Source: Cellvibrionales bacterium
GTDB taxonomy: Bacteria; Pseudomonadota; Gammaproteobacteria; Pseudomonadales; UBA7239
Assembly: GCA_043769275.1 (NCBI GenBank)
Contig: JAYVJM010000007.1
Coordinates: forward strand, 1 to 56,001
Direction: 5' to 3'
Length of the DNA: 56,001 nt
This document shows, one piece after another, positions 21,282 to 30,011 of the stretch. Both the position numbers and the translations under genes were made by a program. Under the pieces are notes generated by a model. It worked only from the letters and a program-made list of their open reading frames with translations, was not told where the DNA came from and ran no database searches. The first letter of the stretch is position 1. The number at the start of each line of letters is the position of its first letter.

Positions 21282-22706
21282 ATGCGGAAGGCATTGCTGG
21301 TGCTGTCCATACTCACAAGTACTTTGGCGTATGCAAGACAGCCGACGCACGACAACTTAAGTGCGCAATTTGACACCCACTCCGACGAAACAGATGTGCC
21401 AAGCCAAGCCTATCAAGACGTTACCTCTGACGAGGGACCGATGTCTGAGGAGGAAGTTCTGCGTGCTTATGAAGAAGAAAAAGCCGCAGAGCAAGGCTTG
21501 TGGATATTTGACAAAGTATCGAAAGTTTTTGATAAGCCATATACCTATGTTCGTTGCCATTATCGCCAAGACCCAAGCCCTCGAAATCCGCAAACTGTCT
21601 ACACATGGGCAAAAGATGCGAATGGAAAAGATTATAAGCTGTATGGAGCTTGGGTTTACGGTAAGTCAAAACTGCCCAATAACGCTATGTTTTTTACCGA
21701 CATAAGTCATCATCGTCTTGAGGATATTTGTCGTAACACGCTGAAATCAAAAGGTCTTCCTGGAGATAGGCAGGTAGAGCTTATTGCTGCTGGAAATAAT
21801 GCACTGTCATACGATAGCCAGATATGGAGCCAAGATATTGAAAATCAGCCGCACAAAATGAATCGTTTTGTGGTGTTTGGCGACAGCCTGTCTGACGATC
21901 ACAACATGTTTAATAATTCAAACTGGTTGCTTCCGAATCGCCAAACATGGTCTGGGGGGCGTTTCGCTAATGGGCGTGTATGGTCTGAAGTCGTCGCAGA
22001 TGCTTTTGATTTGCCTATGAATAACTGGGCAATGGGGGGGGCTGCCACTACAACATACAAAAGTCTTGTCCAAGGCTTGAGCCAGCAGGTTGATTCATTC
22101 GCAGGCTATATAAAATCAGCAAAAAACTATCAGCCCCAAAATACATTGTTTGCTGTGTGGATAGGTGCAAATGATTTAAATAATGGCTTTACGGTTGATA
22201 AGATGATGCGCTATCTAAGGTCTTCAATGGAGCATCTTGTCTCGCTGGGGGCGCGTGATATTTTGCTGTTAAATTTACCGGATATTTCGCGTGCGCCTTC
22301 TTTTAAGATAAAAAAAGGCCGTGAGCGGCTGGATATGTCGAATAAGGTAAAAGAGTACAATCGACAAATGGCTAAGATGGTTGATGAGCTTAGGCAAAAG
22401 TACAGATCGCGAGGATTGGAAATTCACTTTTTTGATGCCTATAAGCTCTTCGATCAGCTACTTGATAGCCCTGCGCAGTATGGCATGACCAATGTGAGTC
22501 AATCTTGTCTTGACCTGCCTTCTGGTGCTCCGACGCTTTACTTAAAGACGCAAAAGCTGCGTTCAGAATGCTACAACCCGAAGCTCTTTGCTTTTTGGGA
22601 TTTACAGCATCCAACTGAGCAGACGCATTGGCTACTGGCAGAAAATATCATCGACTTTTTGGTCGGGGGTGGTTTGTCTCGCCCAAAGCCTGACTATCAG
22701 TTTTGA
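21282..22706 (+). CDS. Thermolabile hemolysin / lecithinase (SGNH-GDSL hydrolase with Hemolysin_N-like domain)
   Basis: Signal peptide, YTYVRCHY N-domain, FGDSLSD, GRFANG.VW, WAMGGA, GAND, FWDLQHPT; AGGA RBS before ATG 21282. Confidence 0.9.
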   Translation: MRKALLVLSILTSTLAYARQPTHDNLSAQFDTHSDETDVPSQAYQDVTSDEGPMSEEEVLRAYEEEKAAEQGLWIFDKVSKVFDKPYTYVRCHYRQDPSPRNPQTVYTWAKDANGKDYKLYGAWVYGKSKLPNNAMFFTDISHHRLEDICRNTLKSKGLPGDRQVELIAAGNNALSYDSQIWSQDIENQPHKMNRFVVFGDSLSDDHNMFNNSNWLLPNRQTWSGGRFANGRVWSEVVADAFDLPMNNWAMGGAATTTYKSLVQGLSQQVDSFAGYIKSAKNYQPQNTLFAVWIGANDLNNGFTVDKMMRYLRSSMEHLVSLGARDILLLNLPDISRAPSFKIKKGRERLDMSNKVKEYNRQMAKMVDELRQKYRSRGLEIHFFDAYKLFDQLLDSPAQYGMTNVSQSCLDLPSGAPTLYLKTQKLRSECYNPKLFAFWDLQHPTEQTHWLLAENIIDFLVGGGLSRPKPDYQF

Positions 22707-22760
22707 TCTTATGTTAGGCGTGCCGCGTTGTTATTTTCGGATACCCCTTTTGCATGCGCG

Positions 22761-23087
22761 TCAAAATGGCATTTTGAAACCGGAGGGCAGTTGTAAGCCG
22801 CCGGTCACATTGGCCATTTTATCTTGCTGCGTATTTTCGACTTTACGCACGGCATCATTCATCGCTGCTGCGAGCAAATCTTCCAGCAGCTCTTTTTCTT
22901 CTTTCATTAGGCTGGGGTCTATGCTGACACTCCGCACATCGTGGCGGCCTGTCATTTGTACTTTCACTAATCCTGCGCCAGCTTCACCTGTGACTTCCAG
23001 CTTCGCTGTTTCTTCTTGCAGTTGCTGCATTTTTTCCTGCATGGCCTGTGCTTGCTTCATTAGGTCGTTGATATTGCCTAGTTTCAT
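22761..23087 (-). CDS. ybaB: YbaB/EbfC nucleoid-associated protein
   Basis: [46 protein letters not shown]. Confidence 0.97.
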   Translation of the reverse strand: MKLGNINDLMKQAQAMQEKMQQLQEETAKLEVTGEAGAGLVKVQMTGRHDVRSVSIDPSLMKEEKELLEDLLAAAMNDAVRKVENTQQDKMANVTGGLQLPSGFKMPF

Positions 23088-24769
23088 GCTATTTGTTCTC
23101 GAATAGGTTGGGATGCTATCGGTTTAAGCGTGGCTTGCATGGGCTCTGTTTGTGTTGTTGTTATACTGCTTTCAATAATGAGACCAGAAAAACTTTGAAT
23201 GAGTGCTTGTACGGTTGGGTCGTTGCGAAAACTGGATTCGGCATTACCTTGCAATTGTGCGCGCTTTTGCTGTTGGTGCTGGTGGGGCGTGATGGTGGTC
23301 GGTGTGCCCGTCGCGATGGTGACTGTGCAGTTTTGCCCTAGATATAGTTTCAGTGCGTCAGTCAGTCGTTGGGCGTGTGATTCGTCGTAAAGCCCTGCAT
23401 GTTCTTTTTCTAGGGTAAACAAAAAATGTGAGCCATCAACACGGTCTAAACAGCAATGCGCCGCCGTATTGCGAATTACGCCGGCCAGCGGGATGTGTTG
23501 CCAAAGAGCGGGCCAATTCTCTGTTGTGATCGCGCTGTTGGGTGCTGTGTGTATAAAAATAGGTTCTGGCGGTGGTGCGTTGACTGCCGCAGGCGCTGGA
23601 GGCATCAGCTCAGTTTTTTTTTTCTCAATAGCCGGTTGCGCGTGCGCGACAGTGTTTGCTTCAAGTGTCTCAAAGCTCAGAACCCCTTGCGGCTTAAATG
23701 TCAGCATGCGCAATAGTGCCATTTCAAAACCCATGCGTAAATCAGGCGAAAAAGGCATGTCACGTTGCGCATTGAGGCCAATCTGATAATACAGTTGCAC
23801 ATCTTCTGCACTCAGAGAGCCTGCTAGATGTTGTAGGCGGTCGCGCTCGTCTGGCGTTTGCTCAAGCGCAGAAGGTACCGCTTGGACAATGGCTATACGG
23901 TGGAGCAATCCAAGCAGTTCTTCTAAAGCACCGTTGTAATCGGGGTTTTGTTCGGCAAGCTGCGCCACAGATGCCAGCATGGCTTGCGTGTCATTAGCAA
24001 TAATGGCATCTAACAGTGGATGAATTAAGCGGCGATCCAGCGTGCCAAGCATCTCGCGCACTGCTGTCTCAGCCACTCGCTCACCACCAAAGGCGATAGC
24101 CTGATCGGTGAGTGAGAGCGCGTCACGCATGCTGCCGTCGGCAGCGCGAGCCAACAGCCACAAAGCGATCTCGTCGAATGGCAGTATTTCTTGTGTAAGT
24201 ACTGTGCGTAGATAATCTACGATTTTTTCTGGCGGTAAATTTTTAAGATTAAATTGCAGGCAGCGTGATAGCACTGTTACCGGCAGCTTGTGCGGGTCGG
24301 TGGTGGCCAGCAGGAATTTGACGTGTGCGGGCGGCTCTTCCAATGTTTTCAGCAGCGCGTTAAAGCTGCTGGTGGAAAGCATGTGGACTTCATCGATTAA
24401 GTAGACTTTAAAGCGGCCGCGTGATGGGAGATATTGCACGTTGTCGAGAATATCTCTGGTGTCTTCAACTTTGGTGCGTGAGGCAGCGTCAATTTCAATC
24501 AAATCAACAAATCGACCTTCGGTGATTTCACGGCAAGCACTGCATTCGCCGCAAGGGACGGAACTGATGCCCGTTTCACAATTCAGACATTTTGCCAATA
24601 TGCGTGCAATTGTGGTTTTCCCAACACCCCGAGTTCCGGTGAATAAGTAGGCGTGGTGCAGGCGATTGTTATCGAGGGCGTTGATAAGTGCTTGTAATAC
24701 GTGAGTCTGCCCCGCCATGTCGCGGAAGCTCTGAGGACGCCATTTCCGTGCGAGAACCTGATAGCTCAT
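23084..24769 (-). CDS. dnaX: DNA polymerase III subunits gamma/tau
   Basis: [32 protein letters not shown]-terminal tau domain; internal A10 tract. Confidence 0.98.
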   Translation of the reverse strand: MSYQVLARKWRPQSFRDMAGQTHVLQALINALDNNRLHHAYLFTGTRGVGKTTIARILAKCLNCETGISSVPCGECSACREITEGRFVDLIEIDAASRTKVEDTRDILDNVQYLPSRGRFKVYLIDEVHMLSTSSFNALLKTLEEPPAHVKFLLATTDPHKLPVTVLSRCLQFNLKNLPPEKIVDYLRTVLTQEILPFDEIALWLLARAADGSMRDALSLTDQAIAFGGERVAETAVREMLGTLDRRLIHPLLDAIIANDTQAMLASVAQLAEQNPDYNGALEELLGLLHRIAIVQAVPSALEQTPDERDRLQHLAGSLSAEDVQLYYQIGLNAQRDMPFSPDLRMGFEMALLRMLTFKPQGVLSFETLEANTVAHAQPAIEKKKTELMPPAPAAVNAPPPEPIFIHTAPNSAITTENWPALWQHIPLAGVIRNTAAHCCLDRVDGSHFLFTLEKEHAGLYDESHAQRLTDALKLYLGQNCTVTIATGTPTTITPHQHQQQKRAQLQGNAESSFRNDPTVQALIQSFSGLIIESSITTTQTEPMQATLKPIASQPIREQIA

Positions 24770-24799
24770 GAATGTGGGCTTCACGCCATATTAAGTTTG

Positions 24800-24912
24800 G
24801 GTGGTAACCTCACCAGCAATACCTCGGCACATAAATTTACTGCTACCGTTGCTCCCTTCCGGGTCTGGCGGGGTTTACAGCTACTTATTGCGAGGATACC
24901 GGCGAGGCCACC
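24800..24912 (-). ncRNA. ffs: Small bacterial SRP RNA (4.5S)
   Basis: Domain IV GCCAGACCCGGAAGGGAGCAACGG with GGAA tetraloop; terminal helix GGTGGCCTCGCCGG pairing with CTGGTGAGGTTACCACC; located directly upstream of dnaX. Confidence 0.92.
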
Positions 24913-24926
24913 ATAAAGGAGGCGTG

Positions 24927-24955
24927 ATTATGCGGGCTTTATGAAAGTGATGCAA
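24927..24955 (-). promoter_or_regulatory. Sigma70 promoter of ffs-dnaX
   Basis: TTGCAT-17 nt-CATAAT followed by GC-rich CACGCC. Confidence 0.65.
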
Positions 24956-25095
24956 TGTTCAGTGCAGCAGATATGGTGGTGCATATGATGCTAGGCACAC
25001 GCGTATAAGTGTGCCGAATAAAAAAATCTAAATAATTGCGCCCAGTAGCCGCTTCCGCTACTTTGCCCGCCAGTTTTCAGACAGGATTAAAAGCT

Positions 25096-26757
25096 ATGGC
25101 GCAATACGTTTTTACAATGAACCGACTTGGCAAGGTGGTGCCGCCCAAACGCCAGATTTTGAAAGATATTTCGTTGTCTTTTTTCCCAGGTGCCAAAATC
25201 GGCGTATTGGGTTTGAATGGTTCTGGCAAATCTACATTGCTTCGAATAATGGCGGGGTTGGATCAGGATTTTATCGGCGAAGCACGACCAATGCCTGATC
25301 TTAAAATCGGTTATTTGTCACAAGAGCCGCAACTGGATGCCAATAAAAACGTGCGCGGCAATGTGGAAGACGGCCTTGCTGTGCCACTCAACGCATTGGC
25401 GGATCTCGACCGTGTTTACGCGGCTTATGCCGAAGAAAATGCCGACTTTGATGCGCTGGCGAAAAAGCAGGCGGAATTAGAGGATATTATTCAGGCGTGG
25501 GATGCGCACAATCTTCAGCACAAAATGGAAGTGGCCGCCGATGCGCTGCGCTTGCCGCCATGGGAAGCTGACGTGAGTAAACTTTCTGGCGGAGAACGCC
25601 GCCGTGTAGCTTTGTGCCGCTTGTTAATGTCCAAGCCAGATATGCTGCTGCTAGACGAGCCCACGAACCACTTAGACGCAGAATCCGTTGCTTGGCTTGA
25701 GCATTTTCTAAAAGAATTCAGTGGCACTGTAGTGGCAATTACCCACGACCGCTACTTTTTAGACAACGCCGCCGGATGGATTTTAGAGCTGGATCGCGGC
25801 CACGGCATTCCTTACGAAGGCAATTACACTGCGTGGCTGGAACAAAAAGAAGCGCGCCTACAACAAGAAGAGCGCGGCGAAACTGCCCGCCAGAAAACCA
25901 TTGCTCACGAACTGGAGTGGGTACGCCAAAATCCCAAAGGTCGTCATGCCAAAAACAAGGCGCGTTTAGCGCGCTTTGAAGAAATGAATGCGCAAGAATT
26001 TCAGGCGCGTAATGAGACGAACGAAATCTATATTCCGCCCGGCTCACGCTTGGGTGACAAGGTGATTGACGTTGCAAATATCAGCAAATCGTTTGGCGAC
26101 CGTATGCTCATTAACAACTTGTCATTTTCTGTGCCAAAAGGCGCCATTGTCGGCATTATCGGTGGCAATGGCGCGGGTAAATCAACCTTGTTTCGTATGA
26201 TTGCAGGACAAGACAAGCCAGACAGCGGCACGGTTACCCTCGGTGAAACTGTTAAGCTTGCCTTTGTTGAGCAAACACGCGAGAAGCTCGACGACAGCAA
26301 AACAGTGTGGGAAGCGGTATCCGAGGGCTCCGACATTATCAAAATCGGCAATTATGAGGTGCCGTCGCGTGCATACATTGGCCGCTTTAATTTTAAAGGC
26401 TCCGATCAGCAAAAACGTGTGGGCGAATTATCCGGCGGTGAGCGCGGACGTTTGCAACTGGCCTGCACTTTAAAAGAGGGTGGCAACGTGTTGCTGTTGG
26501 ATGAGCCTTCTAACGATCTTGACGTAGAAACCCTACGCGCATTGGAAGAGGCACTGCAAAATTATCCAGGCTGCGCGATGGTTATTTCGCACGATCGCTG
26601 GTTTCTTGATCGTGTCTGCACCCATATTTTGGCTTTTGAGGGTGATAGTAGTGCGGTGTTTTTTGAGGGTGACTACACCGAATATGAAGCCGATCACAAA
26701 GTGCGTTTGGGTGATCGGCAACCTACGCGGATGAAATATAAGCGACTAAAGAGCTGA
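25096..26757 (+). CDS. ettA: Energy-dependent translational throttle ABC-F protein EttA
   Basis: MAQYVFTM, SFFPGAKIGVLGLNGSGKS, two ABC domains, ELEWVR..PKGR.AK linker. Confidence 0.98.
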   Translation: MAQYVFTMNRLGKVVPPKRQILKDISLSFFPGAKIGVLGLNGSGKSTLLRIMAGLDQDFIGEARPMPDLKIGYLSQEPQLDANKNVRGNVEDGLAVPLNALADLDRVYAAYAEENADFDALAKKQAELEDIIQAWDAHNLQHKMEVAADALRLPPWEADVSKLSGGERRRVALCRLLMSKPDMLLLDEPTNHLDAESVAWLEHFLKEFSGTVVAITHDRYFLDNAAGWILELDRGHGIPYEGNYTAWLEQKEARLQQEERGETARQKTIAHELEWVRQNPKGRHAKNKARLARFEEMNAQEFQARNETNEIYIPPGSRLGDKVIDVANISKSFGDRMLINNLSFSVPKGAIVGIIGGNGAGKSTLFRMIAGQDKPDSGTVTLGETVKLAFVEQTREKLDDSKTVWEAVSEGSDIIKIGNYEVPSRAYIGRFNFKGSDQQKRVGELSGGERGRLQLACTLKEGGNVLLLDEPSNDLDVETLRALEEALQNYPGCAMVISHDRWFLDRVCTHILAFEGDSSAVFFEGDYTEYEADHKVRLGDRQPTRMKYKRLKS

Positions 26758-26825
26758 TGTGGTGATCGTTGTCTTTCCTTAAAACGCGCTGACTTTATCA
26801 ATGAACACATTTACCAGAGGTTTTA

Positions 26826-27713
26826 GTGCTTAGTTATCAACATGCTTACCATGCCGGTAATTTTGCTGATGTTCTAAAGCACGGCACTTTGTGTTGGGTG
26901 CTGGATTATCTGCTGCAAAAAGACAAGGCGTTTTATTTTCATGATACGCACGCCGGTCGCGGCCTGTATTCCCTTGACAGTTTGGAGGCACAAAAAACCG
27001 GCGAGCATCAAGATGGCATTGCACGTGTTTGGCAACAGCCTGATATTCCGAGTGTTTTACTGCCGTATATCAATACGCTAAAAACTTTTAATGCAGGCGT
27101 AAACGGCCAAGGTACGGAGGATAAGCTGCGTCGTTACGCGGGATCACCATTATTGGCGCACCGACTATTGCGTCGTGTTGACCGGCTTTGCTGTACCGAA
27201 TTGCATCCACAAGAATTTACTGCGCTTAGGCAGGCGACAAACAATAAGCGCAACATGCGCATTCTGCGCACGGATGGCTATGAGGCACTAAAGGCTGCTT
27301 TGCCTCCGGTTGAGCGACGCGGAGTGATATTGATTGATCCAAGCTATGAGCTGCCCGGTGACGATGCAGCGGTAATTCTGAGTTTGCGTGAGGGATTACT
27401 GCGCTTTCCTGAGGGCATTTTTTTATTGTGGTATCCGCTAGTGCAGCCGGCGCGTTCACGCGATTTGATAAATAAAGCGCAAAAACTCGTTAATCAGAAT
27501 CTTTTGTTGTTGGAGCTGAGCGTGGCTTCAGCTACCGAGCAGGGTTATGTTCGCCAGGGAAAGCGGCGCGGCATGTATGGCACAGGGATGCTGCTGGTCA
27601 ATCCGCCTTGGCAATTAGATATGTTGATGGCGGAAGCTTTGCCTTGGTTGGTGCAAAAGCTCGCGCCTGATACGGGCAGCTCTCGGGTGGAGTGGTTACG
27701 CGGTGCCGTGTGA
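26826..27713 (+). CDS. rlmJ: 23S rRNA m6A2030 methyltransferase
   Basis: MLSYQHAYHAGNFADVLKH, DTHAGRG.Y, YAGSP, IDPSYE, WYP, NPPW. Confidence 0.96.
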   Translation: MLSYQHAYHAGNFADVLKHGTLCWVLDYLLQKDKAFYFHDTHAGRGLYSLDSLEAQKTGEHQDGIARVWQQPDIPSVLLPYINTLKTFNAGVNGQGTEDKLRRYAGSPLLAHRLLRRVDRLCCTELHPQEFTALRQATNNKRNMRILRTDGYEALKAALPPVERRGVILIDPSYELPGDDAAVILSLREGLLRFPEGIFLLWYPLVQPARSRDLINKAQKLVNQNLLLLELSVASATEQGYVRQGKRRGMYGTGMLLVNPPWQLDMLMAEALPWLVQKLAPDTGSSRVEWLRGAV

Positions 27714-27885
27714 GGATTGTCGCTTAGGTAGTTTGCACAGAGCTGGCTTTATAATATCTACCGAAAATGGCATCTTTTTAATATCCAGCTTTATAGATTA
27801 CCGTTTTTAAAAATGGCACGGTCTGGCCAATTGATCGAATGGTGACACTTACTGCGATAGCGCATAAATCTAAAGAGGTGCCTTA

Positions 27886-28908
27886 ATGTTATTTTCCGGT
27901 ACGCATATTCTTTCCGTAACACAATTTGAGCGTGCGGATATCGAACACTTATTTTCGGTGGCAGATAAAATGGAGCCTTACGCACAACGCAAGCGCGTTA
28001 CCCGTGTGCTTGAGGGCGCGATTCTTGGCAATATGTTTTTTGAGCCGAGCACGCGCACGCGTGTGAGCTTTGGATGTGCATTTAATTTGCTGGGGGGGGA
28101 GGTGCGTGAAACCACAGGTTTTGAATCGTCATCCATGAGCAAAGGGGAGTCTTTGTACGATACGGCTCGTGTGCTGTCAGGATATAGCGACGTTGTTTGT
28201 ATGCGCCATCCAGAAGCAGATTCCGTTGCGGCATTTGCCCGCGCTAGTCGAGTTCCTGTGATTAACGGTGGAGACGGAGCGAACGAACACCCGAGCCAAG
28301 CTCTGCTCGATTTATACACGATAAAAAAAGAATTGGTTTCTCGTGGACGCGCACTGGAAACTCTGCGCATCGCAATGATCGGCGATCTAAAATATGGTAG
28401 AACCGTGCATTCTTTGTGCAAGTTGCTTTGTTTTTATCCTCATGCGCAGGTTATTTTGGTGTCGCCAAAAGAATTGGCAATGCCTCCCGCTTTGGTTGAA
28501 CGCATGCGCGATTGTGGGATTACTGTGACGGAAACAGATCAATTGGAAAGCAGTATTGCTCAGGTGGATATCGCCTACTCCACCCGTATTCAGGAGGAGC
28601 GATTTGGCAGCAAAGCGGAGGCAGATTTGTATCGTGGTCGTTTTAGGTTGAACCAGTCTATTTATACGCGTTATTGCCAGCCCAATACTGTCATTATGCA
28701 CCCCTTACCGCGCGACTCACGTGCGGAAGCTAACGAGTTGGACAACGATCTCAATGAAAATCCTAATTTAGCCATTTTTCGGCAGGCGGATAATGGCGTG
28801 GTTATACGGATGGCGCTGTTTGCGTTGATACTGGATGTAGTCGATCAGGTCGATCACCACTCCTTAGATGTGCGCTGGTTTCGCGGCAGTTTGCCAGTGC
28901 CTAGATAA
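27886..28908 (+). CDS. pyrB: Aspartate carbamoyltransferase catalytic chain
   Basis: FFEPSTRTR.SF, KGESLYDT, NGGDGANEHPSQALLD, GDLKYGRTVHSL, TRIQEERF, MHPLPR. Confidence 0.96.
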   Translation: MLFSGTHILSVTQFERADIEHLFSVADKMEPYAQRKRVTRVLEGAILGNMFFEPSTRTRVSFGCAFNLLGGEVRETTGFESSSMSKGESLYDTARVLSGYSDVVCMRHPEADSVAAFARASRVPVINGGDGANEHPSQALLDLYTIKKELVSRGRALETLRIAMIGDLKYGRTVHSLCKLLCFYPHAQVILVSPKELAMPPALVERMRDCGITVTETDQLESSIAQVDIAYSTRIQEERFGSKAEADLYRGRFRLNQSIYTRYCQPNTVIMHPLPRDSRAEANELDNDLNENPNLAIFRQADNGVVIRMALFALILDVVDQVDHHSLDVRWFRGSLPVPR

Positions 28909-28913
28909 GGGGG

Positions 28914-30011
28914 ATGATGACTCAAATAAGGAATGAAGCGATGAATAGTTTTGCTGCTGTAGCTAGGGTTTTTACTCTGTTTATGTTGCTGTTTTGCAGC
29001 ACGAAAATAGGTGCTGCAACGTTAGAAAAACCGTATAGCGTGGACGTGCCAGTACCCACGCAATCGCTGGTAGACAAAAAAACGGCAGAGCTAGAAGGGT
29101 TGCAAATGCTGTTAGCGCGATTGACGGGAAAGTCTGCACGCGACAATAGTCACATCAAAGCGCAGACAGCATCCGGCATCGATAAATATTTGTTGCAATA
29201 CAGTTATGAGGGCGGAAGCACCCCCGGTAGTTACGTGCTGCGCCTAACATTCTCAGAGGCTGCGATTAATCCTCTGTTGCGTGAGGCTGGCTTGACTCTT
29301 TGGCCTTTACATCGCCCACGGGTATTGCTGCTGATGGTAGACACGCAAGCAAAATGGTGGCCAGAACAGCCGGAGCAGCTCGCAACCATTAGCGCGCAGG
29401 GTAGGGCACACGGTGTGCCGTTATTGTTGCTGGATGCAAAAGAGCGATCGTCTATTAGTGCAGAGGCAGTACAGAATTTCAATATGACGGCACTGGAGCC
29501 CGCTTTGGTTCAGTACGGTGAGGTTGTGCTGTTGCCTGGGGTTGTTGGCGGTAACAATCAGGTTGGTTGGCAGGGCAAATGGCTTCTGTCTTTTCATGAC
29601 AAAAAAGAGGTTATTGAGCAAAAGGCATCTACATTAGCTGCGCTATTTGACGGATTATTAAGTGAAGTTGCTCAGCGCTTATCGGCCAGTTATCGAGCGA
29701 TCCATGTGGATGATGGTGGTGCGGCACGCTTGCGTGTACAAGTGGACGGCATAACGAGTTATGCAGCCTATAAGCAGCTAGATAATTACGTACAAAAGCT
29801 CGATGCAGTGCGAAGCGTTCAAATATTAGAGGTGCGTGGCACCAGTGTAGTGCTCAGAGTTGATGTAACAGGCAGGGCTAGTTTTCTGACGTTAATGGAG
29901 TTGAGTAAACATCTGATACAGCAGCAAGAGCCTCTGCCAGAATCGGAAATCAGTACAGATCGTGCACCTGTGAAGCCTGATGCAGTGGTGCATTTTAGCT
30001 GGATTCAATGA
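28914..30011 (+). CDS. DUF2066 exported protein
   Basis: Signal peptide, Y.VDVPV..QS, LLARLTG, YLLQYSY, F...AINPLLREAGL.LWP.HRP.VL; start may be 28941. Confidence 0.75.
   Translation: MMTQIRNEAMNSFAAVARVFTLFMLLFCSTKIGAATLEKPYSVDVPVPTQSLVDKKTAELEGLQMLLARLTGKSARDNSHIKAQTASGIDKYLLQYSYEGGSTPGSYVLRLTFSEAAINPLLREAGLTLWPLHRPRVLLLMVDTQAKWWPEQPEQLATISAQGRAHGVPLLLLDAKERSSISAEAVQNFNMTALEPALVQYGEVVLLPGVVGGNNQVGWQGKWLLSFHDKKEVIEQKASTLAALFDGLLSEVAQRLSASYRAIHVDDGGAARLRVQVDGITSYAAYKQLDNYVQKLDAVRSVQILEVRGTSVVLRVDVTGRASFLTLMELSKHLIQQQEPLPESEISTDRAPVKPDAVVHFSWIQ

Noticed and set aside
27714-27885. Possible pyrL-like attenuator upstream of pyrB
   Set aside because: Short ORFs exist, but no terminator hairpin with a U tract was seen.
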